41,952 nucleotides of DNA from Acidimicrobiia bacterium (GCA_016462055.1 JAEMTX010000001.1:6612-48563), one strand, 5' to 3'; shown: positions 17,733 through 27,965, counted from the first letter of the stretch. The notes: generated by a model not told the origin, from the letters alone. Numbers and translations are program-made.

Positions 17733-19166
17733 ATGGGAATGCCCGTGGCTGATGACGATCTGAACCAACACCATCCGTGGAGCCTTACGTGGCTTGGCAC
17801 AGATCGATTTCTTGCTCGCCGTCTCGCCCGACCGGCGGCTCGATTCCTCGCGATTGAAGCCGCTAGCGGGATCTTGCTTCTTGCTGCCACGGTGATTGCG
17901 CTGGTCTGGGCTAACTCGCCATGGAAGGACTCCTACGCGTCATTTCTCAATGCAGAGATCATTTTCGATGCAGGACCCGTTGGGTTTCAACTGACGCTGC
18001 ACGAATTTGTAAATGATGCATTGATGGCGTTCTTTTTCTTTGTGGTCGGGCTCGAGATCAAGCGTGAGTTGATAAAGGGTGAACTTCGCGACCGTAAGGC
18101 CGCAGCGTTACCGATCATTGCTGCTCTTGGCGGAATGATCGTTCCAGCATTGATCTATTTCGCCTTCAATGTAGGAACAGACGCGTCCCAAGGATGGGGA
18201 ATTCCGATGGCAACGGATATTGCTTTTGCCGTCGGAGTAGTTGCATTGTTGGGGAATCGAGTTCCGGTTGCGTTGAAACTCTTCTTGCTCTCTCTGGCTG
18301 TTGCAGATGATCTTGGAGCAATCGCAGTTATCGCGGTCTTCTACAGCAAATCAATGAGTTTTGTTTGGTTAGGTGCAGCAATCGCGCTACTCGTTCTCGT
18401 GTGGCTGATGCGCCGTCGCCGTATTTGGTACGGCCCGCTGTACCTCGCAATAGGCGTGGTGGTTTGGTACTGCATGTTGAAATCTGGTGTGCATGCAACG
18501 GTGGCCGGAGTCGCGATGGGCTTCCTCACTCCCACAGATGCGTTGAGGCCTGATCTCGATTCAGAAGCAATCGCTGATCGACTCGAAAACCAATCGGAGT
18601 TGAGCGCAGCCGATGTCGCCGCCGCTTCGTTTTTGATTAAAGAGTCGGTGCCAGTCGGTGAACGCCTGGTTGACCGCATGCTCCCGTGGACGAGTTACGT
18701 CATCATCCCAATCTTTGCGCTTTGCAATGCCGGTATTTTGTTGACGTCAGAATCGGTCCGAGCCGCAGCGGGCTCTGCGGTGACATGGGGGGTAGCACTC
18801 GGTCTCGTTGTTGGAAAAACAGTGGGTGTCTTCGGGGCAGCAACGATTGCAATTGCGATTGGGGTTGCTCGTCGACCTCGTGGCGCCACCAATCTTCATT
18901 TGTTCGGCATCGCAATGGCCGCGGGAATTGGCTTTACCGTTTCGCTCTTTGTGACCGAGCTTGCGTTTACCAATGCGCTTTTCACCGAGGAGGCGAAAGT
19001 CGGAGTCTTGGTCGCCTCAGCGGTGGCAGGCATTCTGGCGGCGTTGGTACTGAGTCTTGCGGCGAAGCGATCTAGTGCTGCAGAGCTCGCAATCGAGGCG
19101 GCGGAGAACAGGGAACTCTTCGATGTGATCCCTGACTCAACTCTGCTTCCCAAAAGCCCGAAATAG
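17733..19166 (+). CDS. nhaA: Na+/H+ antiporter NhaA
   Basis: NDALMAFFF..GLEIKRE, GWGIPMATDIAF, LAVADDLG, SGVHAT and GIGFTVSLF motifs. Confidence 0.95.
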   Translation: MGMPVADDDLNQHHPWSLTWLGTDRFLARRLARPAARFLAIEAASGILLLAATVIALVWANSPWKDSYASFLNAEIIFDAGPVGFQLTLHEFVNDALMAFFFFVVGLEIKRELIKGELRDRKAAALPIIAALGGMIVPALIYFAFNVGTDASQGWGIPMATDIAFAVGVVALLGNRVPVALKLFLLSLAVADDLGAIAVIAVFYSKSMSFVWLGAAIALLVLVWLMRRRRIWYGPLYLAIGVVVWYCMLKSGVHATVAGVAMGFLTPTDALRPDLDSEAIADRLENQSELSAADVAAASFLIKESVPVGERLVDRMLPWTSYVIIPIFALCNAGILLTSESVRAAAGSAVTWGVALGLVVGKTVGVFGAATIAIAIGVARRPRGATNLHLFGIAMAAGIGFTVSLFVTELAFTNALFTEEAKVGVLVASAVAGILAALVLSLAAKRSSAAELAIEAAENRELFDVIPDSTLLPKSPK

Positions 19167-19194
19167 TGGACTGACGAGCGTTGCGGAAATTGCC

Positions 19195-20427
19195 TCAGGT
19201 CGGCTTGAACTCGCCAGAGTCGATGTAACGCCCGAGTTCGCGACGAGCGAGTTGCATGCGATGAACCTCGTCCGGCCCATCGGCAAATCGAAGCGTACGC
19301 AGGCCAGCCCACATTCCTGCAAGGGGGAAGTCCTGCGAAACACCGCCGCCGCCATGTGCCTGAATCGCGCGATCGACAACAGCGAGTGCAACATTTGGGG
19401 CGATCACTTTGATGGCGGAGATCTCGGTGCGAGCCCCACTGTTGCCGACGGTATCCATCAGCCACGCCGCCTTCATTGTGAGCAGGCGGGCCTGTTCGAT
19501 TTCGATACGGGAATCGGCGATCCATTCTTGAATGACACCTTGTTGGGCAAGTGGCTTGCCGAAAGCAACGCGTTCGGTGACTCGGCGACACATGAGTTCA
19601 AGGGCGCGTTCAGCCATACCGATGCACCGCATGCAGTGGTGAATGCGGCCAGGACCGAGACGGGCTTGTGCGAGCGCAAAGCCGCTGCCTTCTTCGCCGA
19701 GAATGTTGGAAACGGGTACGCGAACATTGTCGAACTTCAACTCACAATGGCCTTCGCGATCGTTGTATCCGAACACCATGAGATCGCGCACAACGGTAAG
19801 TCCGGGTGTATCCATGGGCACGAGCACCATCGATTGCTGCGTGTACGTGGGAGCTGATGGATCAGTTTTTCCCATGACGATTGCCACACGGCAACGGGGG
19901 TTTGCCGCGCCTGAAATCCACCATTTACGGCCATTTAGAACGTAGTCGTCGCCATCGCGAACGATGCTGAGACTGATGTTTCGTGCATCGCTTGATGCAA
20001 CATCGGGCTCGGTCATCGCGAAACAAGATCGGATTTCGCCTTCAAGCAACGGAACCAACCAGCGATCTTTTTGTTCGGGGGTTCCGAATAGCGCAAGGAT
20101 TTCCATGTTGCCGGTATCGGGTGCAGCTGAGTTCACCGACTCGGGCCCAAGCGGGCTACGCCCGGTGATTTCTGCGAGCGGTGCGTAGTCAACATTCGAA
20201 ACTGGATCGGGTGTCCACTCGGTGGTGTGTGGCATGAAGAGATTCCACAAATCGCGCGCTTTCGCTTCGGCTTTGAGTTCTTCCATCACGTGCGGGTGGA
20301 AGTGAGGATCACCTGAAGCGCGCATTTCCTCAGCAAAGACTGGCTCTGCCGGGATCACTTTTTCTTCCATGAATGCGAGCAGACGTTGTTGAAGGTCTGT
20401 GGCACGCGGGCTGAGTGCGAAGTCCAT
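19195..20427 (-). CDS. Acyl-CoA dehydrogenase (FadE1/2-like)
   Basis: [40 protein letters not shown] and ADGPDEVH motifs. Confidence 0.95.
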   Translation of the reverse strand: MDFALSPRATDLQQRLLAFMEEKVIPAEPVFAEEMRASGDPHFHPHVMEELKAEAKARDLWNLFMPHTTEWTPDPVSNVDYAPLAEITGRSPLGPESVNSAAPDTGNMEILALFGTPEQKDRWLVPLLEGEIRSCFAMTEPDVASSDARNISLSIVRDGDDYVLNGRKWWISGAANPRCRVAIVMGKTDPSAPTYTQQSMVLVPMDTPGLTVVRDLMVFGYNDREGHCELKFDNVRVPVSNILGEEGSGFALAQARLGPGRIHHCMRCIGMAERALELMCRRVTERVAFGKPLAQQGVIQEWIADSRIEIEQARLLTMKAAWLMDTVGNSGARTEISAIKVIAPNVALAVVDRAIQAHGGGGVSQDFPLAGMWAGLRTLRFADGPDEVHRMQLARRELGRYIDSGEFKPT

Positions 20428-20837
20428 TAGGAACCTGCTCTTCCGTAGTCGTCTTCGTAGCGGACGATGTCGTCTTCACCGAAGTACGTACCGGTCTGCA
20501 CTTCAATAAACACCACGGGCGCTGTGCCGTCGTTACGAACTCGGTGTTTTGTGTGGACAGGAATCTCAATCGTGCCGCCAGACTCGACGGTGTGGTCCAC
20601 ATCGTTGAGCGTGACGATGGCTGTTCCTTCGACAACGATCCAATGTTCTGAGCGCTTGTCGTGCGATTGATAAGACAACCGCTGTCCAGGTTCGACAGTG
20701 ATGCGCTTGACCTTGGCGGCGGGGCCGTCGTCGAGGATGACGAACTCACCCCACGGGCGTCGTTCGCCTGATCCGGCCTCGCCGAGGGGTCGAAGGGTGT
20801 CGTCGTCTGAGATGGGGTTTTCTCCGGCAGGTGTCAC
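20427..20837 (-). CDS. Stand-alone mannose-6-phosphate isomerase type II C-terminal cupin
   Basis: [25 protein letters not shown] and [16 protein letters not shown]. Start re-called to GTG 20837, 6 nt after CATACT. TAATG coupling to the ACAD gene. Confidence 0.88.
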   Translation of the reverse strand: MTPAGENPISDDDTLRPLGEAGSGERRPWGEFVILDDGPAAKVKRITVEPGQRLSYQSHDKRSEHWIVVEGTAIVTLNDVDHTVESGGTIEIPVHTKHRVRNDGTAPVVFIEVQTGTYFGEDDIVRYEDDYGRAGS

Positions 20838-20882
20838 GGGCCGAGTATGGCCGAAATCCCCGTTCAGGGCGGAAATCAGGGC

Positions 20883-20891
20883 TGTGGATAA
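20883..20891 (-). promoter_or_regulatory. Perfect DnaA box (TTATCCACA)
   Basis: TGTGGATAA on the + strand in the cupin/topA intergenic region. It is a single box and function is unproven. Confidence 0.5.
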
Positions 20892-20898
20892 GAAAAAT

Positions 20899-20923
20899 CG
20901 GGGACCCCCTTTAGGGGTCCCCG
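20899..20923. repeat. Perfect 10-bp inverted repeat CGGGGACCCC-CTTTA-GGGGTCCCCG
   Basis: Read directly. It lies between two divergent promoters. Confidence 0.85.
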
Positions 20924-20947
20924 CGACGGTGGTTCGAATGGCTGCGA

Positions 20948-20977
20948 TTGACAGAGGCGCCGGGGTGGTCTCATTGT
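20948..20977 (+). promoter_or_regulatory. topA promoter (probably leaderless)
   Basis: TTGACA-N18-CATTGT, ending 8 nt before ATG 20986. Confidence 0.65.
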
Positions 20978-20985
20978 GTCCCCCC

Positions 20986-23832
20986 ATGGCCGGTCCCCTC
21001 GTCATCGTCGAATCGCCCACCAAGGCGAAGAAGATCACCGAATTCCTCCGCGGCGAGGACACCGGTGGCGCGTCACCGACCGTTATCGCATCGGTTGGTC
21101 ACATTCGTGATCTCGTGTCCAAGGCCAAGGAGCTCCCCGAGGGGAAACAAAAAGAGTGGTGGTCGTACCTGGGCATTGATCCCGATGACGGCTTCAAGCC
21201 CTACTACAAGGTGTACGACAAGAAGAAAGACACCGTCGCCGAACTTCGTCGTGCATTGAAGAACGCTGATGCGCTCTATCTCGCAACCGATGAGGATCGC
21301 GAGGGCGAAGCAATTGCGTGGCATTTGCTCCAGGTGTTGAAGCCACCGAAGGACATGCCCGTTTACCGAATGGTGTTCCACGAAATTACCGCCCCAGCGA
21401 TTCGCGAGGCATTTGCCAATCCGCGTGAGCTCGATCAGTTGCTCGTCGACGCGCAGGAAACGCGTCGACTTCTTGATCGCCTCGCTGGCTATGACCTTTC
21501 CCAGGTTCTGTGGAAGAAGGTCAATCGTGGATTGTCGGCAGGTCGTGTGCAGAGTGTTGCGACACGACTTGTGGTGGAACGTGAACGCGAAATCATGGCG
21601 TTCGTCTCTTCTGATTGGTGGGACATCAAAGGCGTGTTTGCAGCGTCCTCTGAACCGATTCCCTTCGGAGCGAAACTTCTTGAACTCGATGGCGTTCGTA
21701 TCGCCACGGGAAGTGATTTCGATGACGATGGCGATCTGAAGCGAGACGATCGCGTCATCCTCAATGAAGAAACAGTGACTTCCCTCGCCGCAGAACTGCA
21801 GTCATCGTCGTTCTCAGTACGAAGTGTTGAGTCCAAGCCCTATCGCAAGCGACCATTCGCCCCGTTCACGACGTCAACGCTGCAACAGGTCGCTGGTCGC
21901 CGTCTCAAAGTGTCAGCCAAGCAGGTCATGTCGATGGCCCAGGGTCTTTACCAGCAGGGCTACATCACCTATATGCGAACGGACTCCACCAATCTTTCTG
22001 CCGCAGCTGTCGCTGCAGCGAAAGCGGAAATCACCGAGCGGTACGGTGCTTCGGCGATTGAACAAAATCCGCGTACCTGGGGCAAGAAAGCAGCGAATGC
22101 GCAAGAAGCGCATGAAGCTATTCGTCCCGCCGGTGATCGATTCCGTCGACCCGAAGAAGTTCGGAATGAAGTTGCCCCCGGCGAATTTCGTCTGTACGAG
22201 ATCATCTGGCAGCGCACTGTTGCGTCGCAGATGATCGATGCAATTGGTGAAACCGTCACGGTTCGTCTTGGTTCGGTAACGCCGAGTGGCCGAGATGCAG
22301 AATTCTCGGCGGCAGGCACGGTTATTACCGAACGCGGTTGGATGCAGGTCGAAGACTGGCGCACCGACGACACCGATTCAGAAAGCGAAGACGACACCGA
22401 ACGCCGACTGCCGCAGTTGAAGGTCGGCGACGGTCTTGATGCAACGGAAATCACTCCGGAAGGTCACGCCACAAAACCGCCAGCTCGATTTACTGAAGCA
22501 TCGCTTGTCGGAAAAATGGAAGAGCTTGGCGTTGGTCGTCCTTCGACGTATGCATCAATCATGGAAACCATTCAGGGCCGTGGCTATGTGTGGAAGAAGG
22601 GTTCTGCACTTGTTCCCAGTTGGAATGCATTCGCGGTAACCACGCTGCTCGAACAGCACTTCGCTGAACTTGTCGACTACGACTTCACCGCGAATCTCGA
22701 AGGAGTACTCGATCGCATCTCGAATGGTGATGCGAACAGCGTCGACACACTTGCCGAGTTCTATTTCGGTCCCATGGTTGACGGAGTACGAAAAGATGGG
22801 CTTCGCGATCTCGTCACCGAACGACTTCCCGAAATCGATGCGGCCGCGATTAATACGTTCTTGTTGGGCGACGATCACAATGGAATGCCCGTCATCGCCA
22901 AACCTGGAAAGTTCGGGCCCTATGTGCAGCGCGGTGACGACACTGCGTCGGTGCCCGAGAACCTTCCGCCCGCCGATCTCACTGTCGCAGTTGCGCTCGA
23001 ATTGCTTGCCATGCCGAAGGGCGGTAAGCCCATCGGTGAAGATCCTGAAACCGGCCTGACAGTTTTCGTGATGAGCGGAAAGTTCGGGCCGTACGTCCAG
23101 CTGGGAGAATTTGAAGAAGCTCCCGACGAGAAGCCTCGTCGCGCCTCGCTGTTCAAATCGATGGATCCTTACGAGGTGACACTCGAAACCGCACTCGAAC
23201 TTTTGTCATTCCCGAAGGTTCTTGGTTCAGATCCCGAAACCGGAAAATCGATTCGTGCGCAGAACGGAAAGTTCGGTCCGTATCTGACCAAAGGCGATGA
23301 AGGCGAGGCCGAGAAGCCGGAAACGCGGAGCCTGGATTCTGAAGAGCAGATGCTTGGAGTCACGTTTGAAGACGCACTCGCGCTGTTCGCGGTGCCGCGC
23401 CAGTATGGGAAGCGGGTGCCGAAGCCTCCATTGGCGGATCTCGGCATCGACCCAGCCTCAGGCCGTCAAATGTTGATCAAAGACGGAAAGTTTGGGCCCT
23501 ACGTCACTGATGGCGAGACCAATGCCTCGCTTCGTATTGGCGATGTTCCCGAAACACTGAGTCCCGAGCGCGGGGCAGAGCTTCTTCAGGATCGGCGTGT
23601 TTACATCGCCGAAAACGGTGGGCCGGCGGCAAAGAAGGCGGCAAAGAAGTCCGTGAAGAAGGCTGCGAGAAAGAAGTCGACGGGTAAGAAGAGCGCCAAA
23701 TCTCGGGCCAAGAAACCTGATCCGCTGACCAAGCACACTTTGGGTACCGGGCAGTCGAAGGCAGCCCAGAAGGCGGCCAAGAAGCCCAATGTGGTCAGGT
23801 TCGACTCCCAGATCCTCGATCAGGAACGCTGA
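20986..23832 (+). CDS. topA: DNA topoisomerase I (type IA)
   Basis: LVIVESPTKAK, ATDEDREGE, SAGRVQS, catalytic ITYMRTDS, four GKFGPY C-terminal repeats and a Lys-rich tail typical of actinobacteria. Confidence 0.97.
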   Translation: MAGPLVIVESPTKAKKITEFLRGEDTGGASPTVIASVGHIRDLVSKAKELPEGKQKEWWSYLGIDPDDGFKPYYKVYDKKKDTVAELRRALKNADALYLATDEDREGEAIAWHLLQVLKPPKDMPVYRMVFHEITAPAIREAFANPRELDQLLVDAQETRRLLDRLAGYDLSQVLWKKVNRGLSAGRVQSVATRLVVEREREIMAFVSSDWWDIKGVFAASSEPIPFGAKLLELDGVRIATGSDFDDDGDLKRDDRVILNEETVTSLAAELQSSSFSVRSVESKPYRKRPFAPFTTSTLQQVAGRRLKVSAKQVMSMAQGLYQQGYITYMRTDSTNLSAAAVAAAKAEITERYGASAIEQNPRTWGKKAANAQEAHEAIRPAGDRFRRPEEVRNEVAPGEFRLYEIIWQRTVASQMIDAIGETVTVRLGSVTPSGRDAEFSAAGTVITERGWMQVEDWRTDDTDSESEDDTERRLPQLKVGDGLDATEITPEGHATKPPARFTEASLVGKMEELGVGRPSTYASIMETIQGRGYVWKKGSALVPSWNAFAVTTLLEQHFAELVDYDFTANLEGVLDRISNGDANSVDTLAEFYFGPMVDGVRKDGLRDLVTERLPEIDAAAINTFLLGDDHNGMPVIAKPGKFGPYVQRGDDTASVPENLPPADLTVAVALELLAMPKGGKPIGEDPETGLTVFVMSGKFGPYVQLGEFEEAPDEKPRRASLFKSMDPYEVTLETALELLSFPKVLGSDPETGKSIRAQNGKFGPYLTKGDEGEAEKPETRSLDSEEQMLGVTFEDALALFAVPRQYGKRVPKPPLADLGIDPASGRQMLIKDGKFGPYVTDGETNASLRIGDVPETLSPERGAELLQDRRVYIAENGGPAAKKAAKKSVKKAARKKSTGKKSAKSRAKKPDPLTKHTLGTGQSKAAQKAAKKPNVVRFDSQILDQER

Positions 23833-23885
23833 ATACCCTCAGAGCGGTGCTCAGGGGTGGCAGGGTCCTCTCCTAGGCTCCATGC

Positions 23886-25532
23886 ATGGCTGTGCATCGC
23901 CCCGAACCCCGGGACGAAGCCGATCCCCCCGAGGATGCAACGCCCGTCGAGGCTTCTGGCCCCGACGTTGACGCGACCATGCCGGGCTGGAGTCGCGCCT
24001 CGCTCTTCGGCGAGGACACCGAAACCCTCTTTACGAAGGATCCCTCGGATCGACCAGGTTTCCACGTTCGTCTTTTTGGTAGCCACGAGTTTTTCCGACT
24101 TTGGCTCGTGCAAGTTGTCTCCGCCACGGGCGATTGGTTGGGCTTCTCGGCGATCATCCTTTTAGCGGCCACCATTGGCGGCGGCGCTGGTGCTGGTGCG
24201 ATTTCACTCGTCATGGCCGCGCGCATCGTGCCTGGGTTTTTCTTCGGACCACTAGCGGGCGTTCTTGTTGATCGTTGGGATCGCAAGAAGGTCATGGTCA
24301 GTTGCGATATCGGACGAGCAGTTGTGATGGTGCTGCTCCCGTTCGTCAGCGATGTCATTGGTCTTGTTCTTGCATCGCTTGTTCTCGAAGTCCTCACGTT
24401 GTTGTGGGGTCCAGCGAAGGATTCGGAAGTTCCGAACTTGGTTCCTCCGGAACACTTAACGACAGCGAACTCGTTGTCGCTGGCTGCGGCCTACGGAACC
24501 TTTCCGTTCGCGTCGTTGCTGTTTGCACTGCTGGCCGGATTGTCAGTGTGGATTGGCCGAGTTCCCGGACTTGGGTGGCTCGAGACCAATCAGATGGCAT
24601 TCGCGTTTTATGCCGATGCACTGACGTTCGTTTTTTCGGCGTGGATGATTAGCCGACTCACATTCCCTGAACGGGAGCGGCGCGTCCGAACGACAGCCGA
24701 TGATGAACGACGCGTCGATATCAAAGCCACACTGCAAGAACTTCGTGAGGGTTGGAACGAAATTTGGAAGAACCACACCATCCGCGCCGTGAATCTTGGA
24801 CTTGCTACTGGACTTATCGGTGGCGGCATGCTTATTCCGCTCGGCGCAGTGTTTTCGACCGAAGTTCTTGATGCCGGTGCGGCAGGCTACGGACTGTTCA
24901 CCACAGCGCTTGGCTTTGGTGTCGCAATCGGTGTTGTTGGAGTATCGCTATTCCAGAAGCGATTGCCTCAAACCACAACATTCACCGCCGCGCTCTTTGT
25001 TGCGGGCATAGCGTTGTTCTGCGCCGCCTCATCTTCGTCGTTGTGGGCTGCGGTGATCTTCGTTGGACTGATGGGGATTGCTGTTGGGCCGGTTTACGTT
25101 CTCGGTTTCGCAATGCTCCAACAAGAAGTCGCTGATGATCTTCGCGGTCGTGTCTTTAGTTCGCTCAACACCCTTGTTCGCATGTGTGTACTTATTGCCA
25201 TGGTCGCCGGTCCATTGCTCGCTGCCATCCTTGGTCGCATTGCCTCGACGATGATTAATAATCGCGTTGATCTCGGAGGTAAGACGCTTGAACTCCCTGG
25301 CGTGCGTCTCGCGCTGTGGCTTGCTGCGCTGATCATCATCGCTGCAGGGTTTGTTGCTGGAGCTTCGTTACGTGCAGGCCAACGTACGAAGCGTGCCGGC
25401 GCATCCGCTCATCCCTCGCGGCCGAATCCCCCGGATCCACAGCCGCTTGATTTCACGCCGATTGATCTGCGACCGGCCGGCCCTATACCTGAACCTCATC
25501 CCGACGACGAAGCTTCCGGAGAACCGATATGA
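23886..25532 (+). CDS. MFS transporter (tmk-associated)
   Basis: About 12 hydrophobic segments, motif A GVLVDRWDRKKVM and DLRGRVFS. TAGGCT lies 6 nt before the ATG. Confidence 0.9.
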   Translation: MAVHRPEPRDEADPPEDATPVEASGPDVDATMPGWSRASLFGEDTETLFTKDPSDRPGFHVRLFGSHEFFRLWLVQVVSATGDWLGFSAIILLAATIGGGAGAGAISLVMAARIVPGFFFGPLAGVLVDRWDRKKVMVSCDIGRAVVMVLLPFVSDVIGLVLASLVLEVLTLLWGPAKDSEVPNLVPPEHLTTANSLSLAAAYGTFPFASLLFALLAGLSVWIGRVPGLGWLETNQMAFAFYADALTFVFSAWMISRLTFPERERRVRTTADDERRVDIKATLQELREGWNEIWKNHTIRAVNLGLATGLIGGGMLIPLGAVFSTEVLDAGAAGYGLFTTALGFGVAIGVVGVSLFQKRLPQTTTFTAALFVAGIALFCAASSSSLWAAVIFVGLMGIAVGPVYVLGFAMLQQEVADDLRGRVFSSLNTLVRMCVLIAMVAGPLLAAILGRIASTMINNRVDLGGKTLELPGVRLALWLAALIIIAAGFVAGASLRAGQRTKRAGASAHPSRPNPPDPQPLDFTPIDLRPAGPIPEPHPDDEASGEPI

Positions 25533-26140
25533 CTCGCGGAATGTTCATTGCGTTTGAAGGCGGCGAGGCCTGCGGAAAATCAACTCAGTCGCAACGTTTA
25601 GCAACAGCGATTGATGCAGTACTCACTCGCGAACCAGGTGGAACAGTGATCGGGGCACAATTACGTGCCGTTCTTCTCGATCCGCAAACAGTCAACCTTT
25701 CCGATCGCGCTGAAGCACTTCTCATGGCCGCCGATCGCGCGCAGCACGTCGCAGAAGTTGTGGAGCCGGCGTTGGTATCGGGACGTCACGTGGTCTCCGA
25801 TCGTTTTGCGGGTTCCTCGATTGCCTACCAAGGCCATGGTCGTGGACTCCCGGTGAGCGAAATTCGCGACCTCTCGCTGTGGGCGACGGGTGGCGTATGG
25901 CCCGACCTCATCGTTCTTCTCGATGTCCCCGAGGCCGAAGCCGATTTTCGTCTCGGTTCCTCTCGCGATCGGATGGAGTCAGAACCGGCGTCGTTCCATG
26001 CGGCAGTGATCGAAGGTTTCCGATCCCAAGCGGCGGCCGAACCAGATCGTTGGGTGGTCATCGATGGCACCCCTTCGATCGAAGAGGTTTCCGCTGCGGT
26101 GTTCGCTGTCGTCGCTGAGCGGCTACAACTGCCTCTGTGA
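25529..26140 (+). CDS. tmk: Thymidylate kinase
   Basis: FIAFEGGEACGKST, TREPGG, AADRAQH and SDRF..SSIAYQG motifs. Confidence 0.96.
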   Translation: MTRGMFIAFEGGEACGKSTQSQRLATAIDAVLTREPGGTVIGAQLRAVLLDPQTVNLSDRAEALLMAADRAQHVAEVVEPALVSGRHVVSDRFAGSSIAYQGHGRGLPVSEIRDLSLWATGGVWPDLIVLLDVPEAEADFRLGSSRDRMESEPASFHAAVIEGFRSQAAAEPDRWVVIDGTPSIEEVSAAVFAVVAERLQLPL

Positions 26141-27228
26141 CATCACGCACCGACTACCCGCCGCTGTCGGCGGAACTCGCTGGAATTGAACTCTGGGCCA
26201 ATGTCGTCGGCCAGGACGATGCGATTGGCGAACTTCGTGCTGCAGTCAATGCACCAGTACACGCGTACATGCTGGTTGGTCCGCGCGGAAGTGGAAAGCG
26301 CGAACTTGCTCGAGCGTTTGCTGCTGCGTTGGTAAGTCGTGATCGCACGGGCGACGATGCGGTGCGGCAAGCGCGAATGGCGTTGATGCAAAATCATTCC
26401 GACATCACCGAGTTCGAACGAGTTGGTGCATCGATTTCTGCGGAGCAGGCCGATGCAATCATTTCGACCGCGGCGCGTTCTTCTATCGAGAATGGTCCGA
26501 AGGTTCTCATTCTTGATGAGTTCCATCTCGTGAGAACCGTTGCTCCAAAATTATTAAAGACCATTGAAGAACCGCCCGCCGGAACGGTGTTCGTGGTTCT
26601 CGCCGACGATATTCCGAATGATCTCGTCACAATTGCGAGCCGATGTGTACGCATCGACCTTGCAACGATCACTGATGACCTGGTTACCGAGCGATTGATC
26701 GCCGAAGGCGTCGCGCCTGACCGTGCCGCTGACGCGGCAGCCGCTGCGGTCGGAGATCTCGGACGCGCGCGGTTGTTGGCAACCGATGACCGGCTTTCGT
26801 TGCGACGCGTAGCATGGCACGCTGTTCCTGATCGCCTCGATGGCACCGGTGCACGCGCCATTGAAACGGTCGATGACCTCTTGGCGATGATCGAAGACGC
26901 CATGGCTCCATTGGCCGAAGCCCATGTCGCAGAAGTTGCCGAGTTCGCCGAACTCGTGGCTGCTCGAGGCGAACGCGGTTCGGGCCGCAAGCAGTTCGAA
27001 GATCGCCATAAACGCGAAGTCCGTCGATACCGAACTGATGAAATTCGTGCCGGTCTCACAGAACTGTCACGTCGCTACCGCGATGATCTTGCGGCTTCAC
27101 CTCGGCCAGCCGAGATTGCAGCCGCAATCGATGACATTGCGGCCCTAGCGACCAATCTGGTGAGGAACCCCAACGAGCGACTGCAGTTGGTGGCGCTCTT
27201 TACGAAACTTGGCCGACCCCACCGGTGA
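26137..27228 (+). CDS. holB: DNA polymerase III delta' subunit
   Basis: VVGQ, HAYMLVGPRGSGK, LLKTIEEP and TIASRC motifs. Conserved tmk-holB-tRNA(Thr) order. Confidence 0.88.
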   Translation: MTSRTDYPPLSAELAGIELWANVVGQDDAIGELRAAVNAPVHAYMLVGPRGSGKRELARAFAAALVSRDRTGDDAVRQARMALMQNHSDITEFERVGASISAEQADAIISTAARSSIENGPKVLILDEFHLVRTVAPKLLKTIEEPPAGTVFVVLADDIPNDLVTIASRCVRIDLATITDDLVTERLIAEGVAPDRAADAAAAAVGDLGRARLLATDDRLSLRRVAWHAVPDRLDGTGARAIETVDDLLAMIEDAMAPLAEAHVAEVAEFAELVAARGERGSGRKQFEDRHKREVRRYRTDEIRAGLTELSRRYRDDLAASPRPAEIAAAIDDIAALATNLVRNPNERLQLVALFTKLGRPHR

Positions 27229-27298
27229 GTCCACTTCCATCGAGCCCACTTCGCCGAGTGGGTCGTTTCCGAGCCGGCGGCTAACCTCATCGCTTCCC

Positions 27299-27371
27299 GC
27301 CCGGGTAGCTCAGACGGCAGAGCAGCTCACTCGTAATGAGCAGGTCAGGAGTTCGATTCTCCTCTCGGGCT
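27299..27371 (+). tRNA. tRNA-Thr(CGT)
   Basis: Cloverleaf: acceptor GCCCGGG/CTCGGGC, D-arm GCTC/GAGC, anticodon arm GCTCA-CTCGTAA-TGAGC, T-arm AGGAG-TTCGATT-CTCCT. No encoded CCA. TAACCT upstream at 27282. Confidence 0.97.
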
Positions 27372-27374
27372 CTG

Positions 27375-27965
27375 ATGGCCGATCAACAAGCGTTTGCCGA
27401 GCAGGCAATGGAGTTCATGCCGCAGTTGTATTCCACTGCGCTACGAATGACGCATAACGCGTCCGATGCCGAAGATCTTGTTCAAGAGACGTACCTCAAG
27501 GCCTACAAAGGTTTCGCAGGGTTTGAGCAGGGAACGAATTTGCGAGCCTGGATGTTCCGCATCCTGACCAACACCTACATCAACTCGTATCGGTCGAAGA
27601 AGCGCCGTCCCGAAGAAACCGAGCTTGACGATGTCGAAGATTTCTATCTCTACCGTCGCATGGGTGGACTTGAAGCCGTTCGTGCCTCTCGGAGTGCCGA
27701 GGATCAACTTATGGACTTGTTCTCCGATGCCGAGGTGCAGAGTGCAATCGATGCGCTGCCAGAGTCCTATCGCCTCGCGATATTGCTGAGCGATGTCGAA
27801 GGGCTTTCCTACAGGGAAATTGCCGAAGATCTCGATATTCCGATCGGAACTGTCATGAGCCGGCTTCATCGTGGAAGAAAAGCACTCCAGAAGCAGTTAT
27901 ATGACTATGCCCGTGAGCGGGGACTGACCGATGCCATCCCCGAAGCCTCCTTGGAAGCGCCATGA
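27375..27965 (+). CDS. sigH: ECF sigma factor, SigH/SigR (ECF12) type
   Basis: [37 protein letters not shown] and [15 protein letters not shown]-coupled to a ZAS anti-sigma. Start moved out of the tRNA to ATG 27375. Confidence 0.9.
   Translation: MADQQAFAEQAMEFMPQLYSTALRMTHNASDAEDLVQETYLKAYKGFAGFEQGTNLRAWMFRILTNTYINSYRSKKRRPEETELDDVEDFYLYRRMGGLEAVRASRSAEDQLMDLFSDAEVQSAIDALPESYRLAILLSDVEGLSYREIAEDLDIPIGTVMSRLHRGRKALQKQLYDYARERGLTDAIPEASLEAP

Noticed and set aside
22900-23510. Four recurring GGAAAGTTYGGNCC motifs
   Set aside because: They encode TopA C-terminal GKFGPY repeats; spacing and coding context exclude an array.
23835-23858. Hairpin after topA
   Set aside because: Imperfect bulged stem with no U tract; too weak to call a terminator.
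27336-27374. N-terminal extension of sigH from ATG 27336
   Set aside because: It lies inside the tRNA anticodon and T arms and does not resemble an ECF N-terminus.
27299-27375. tRNA-Thr as an integration site of an island
   Set aside because: No integrase, no duplicated tRNA 3' end seen, and the downstream genes are core.
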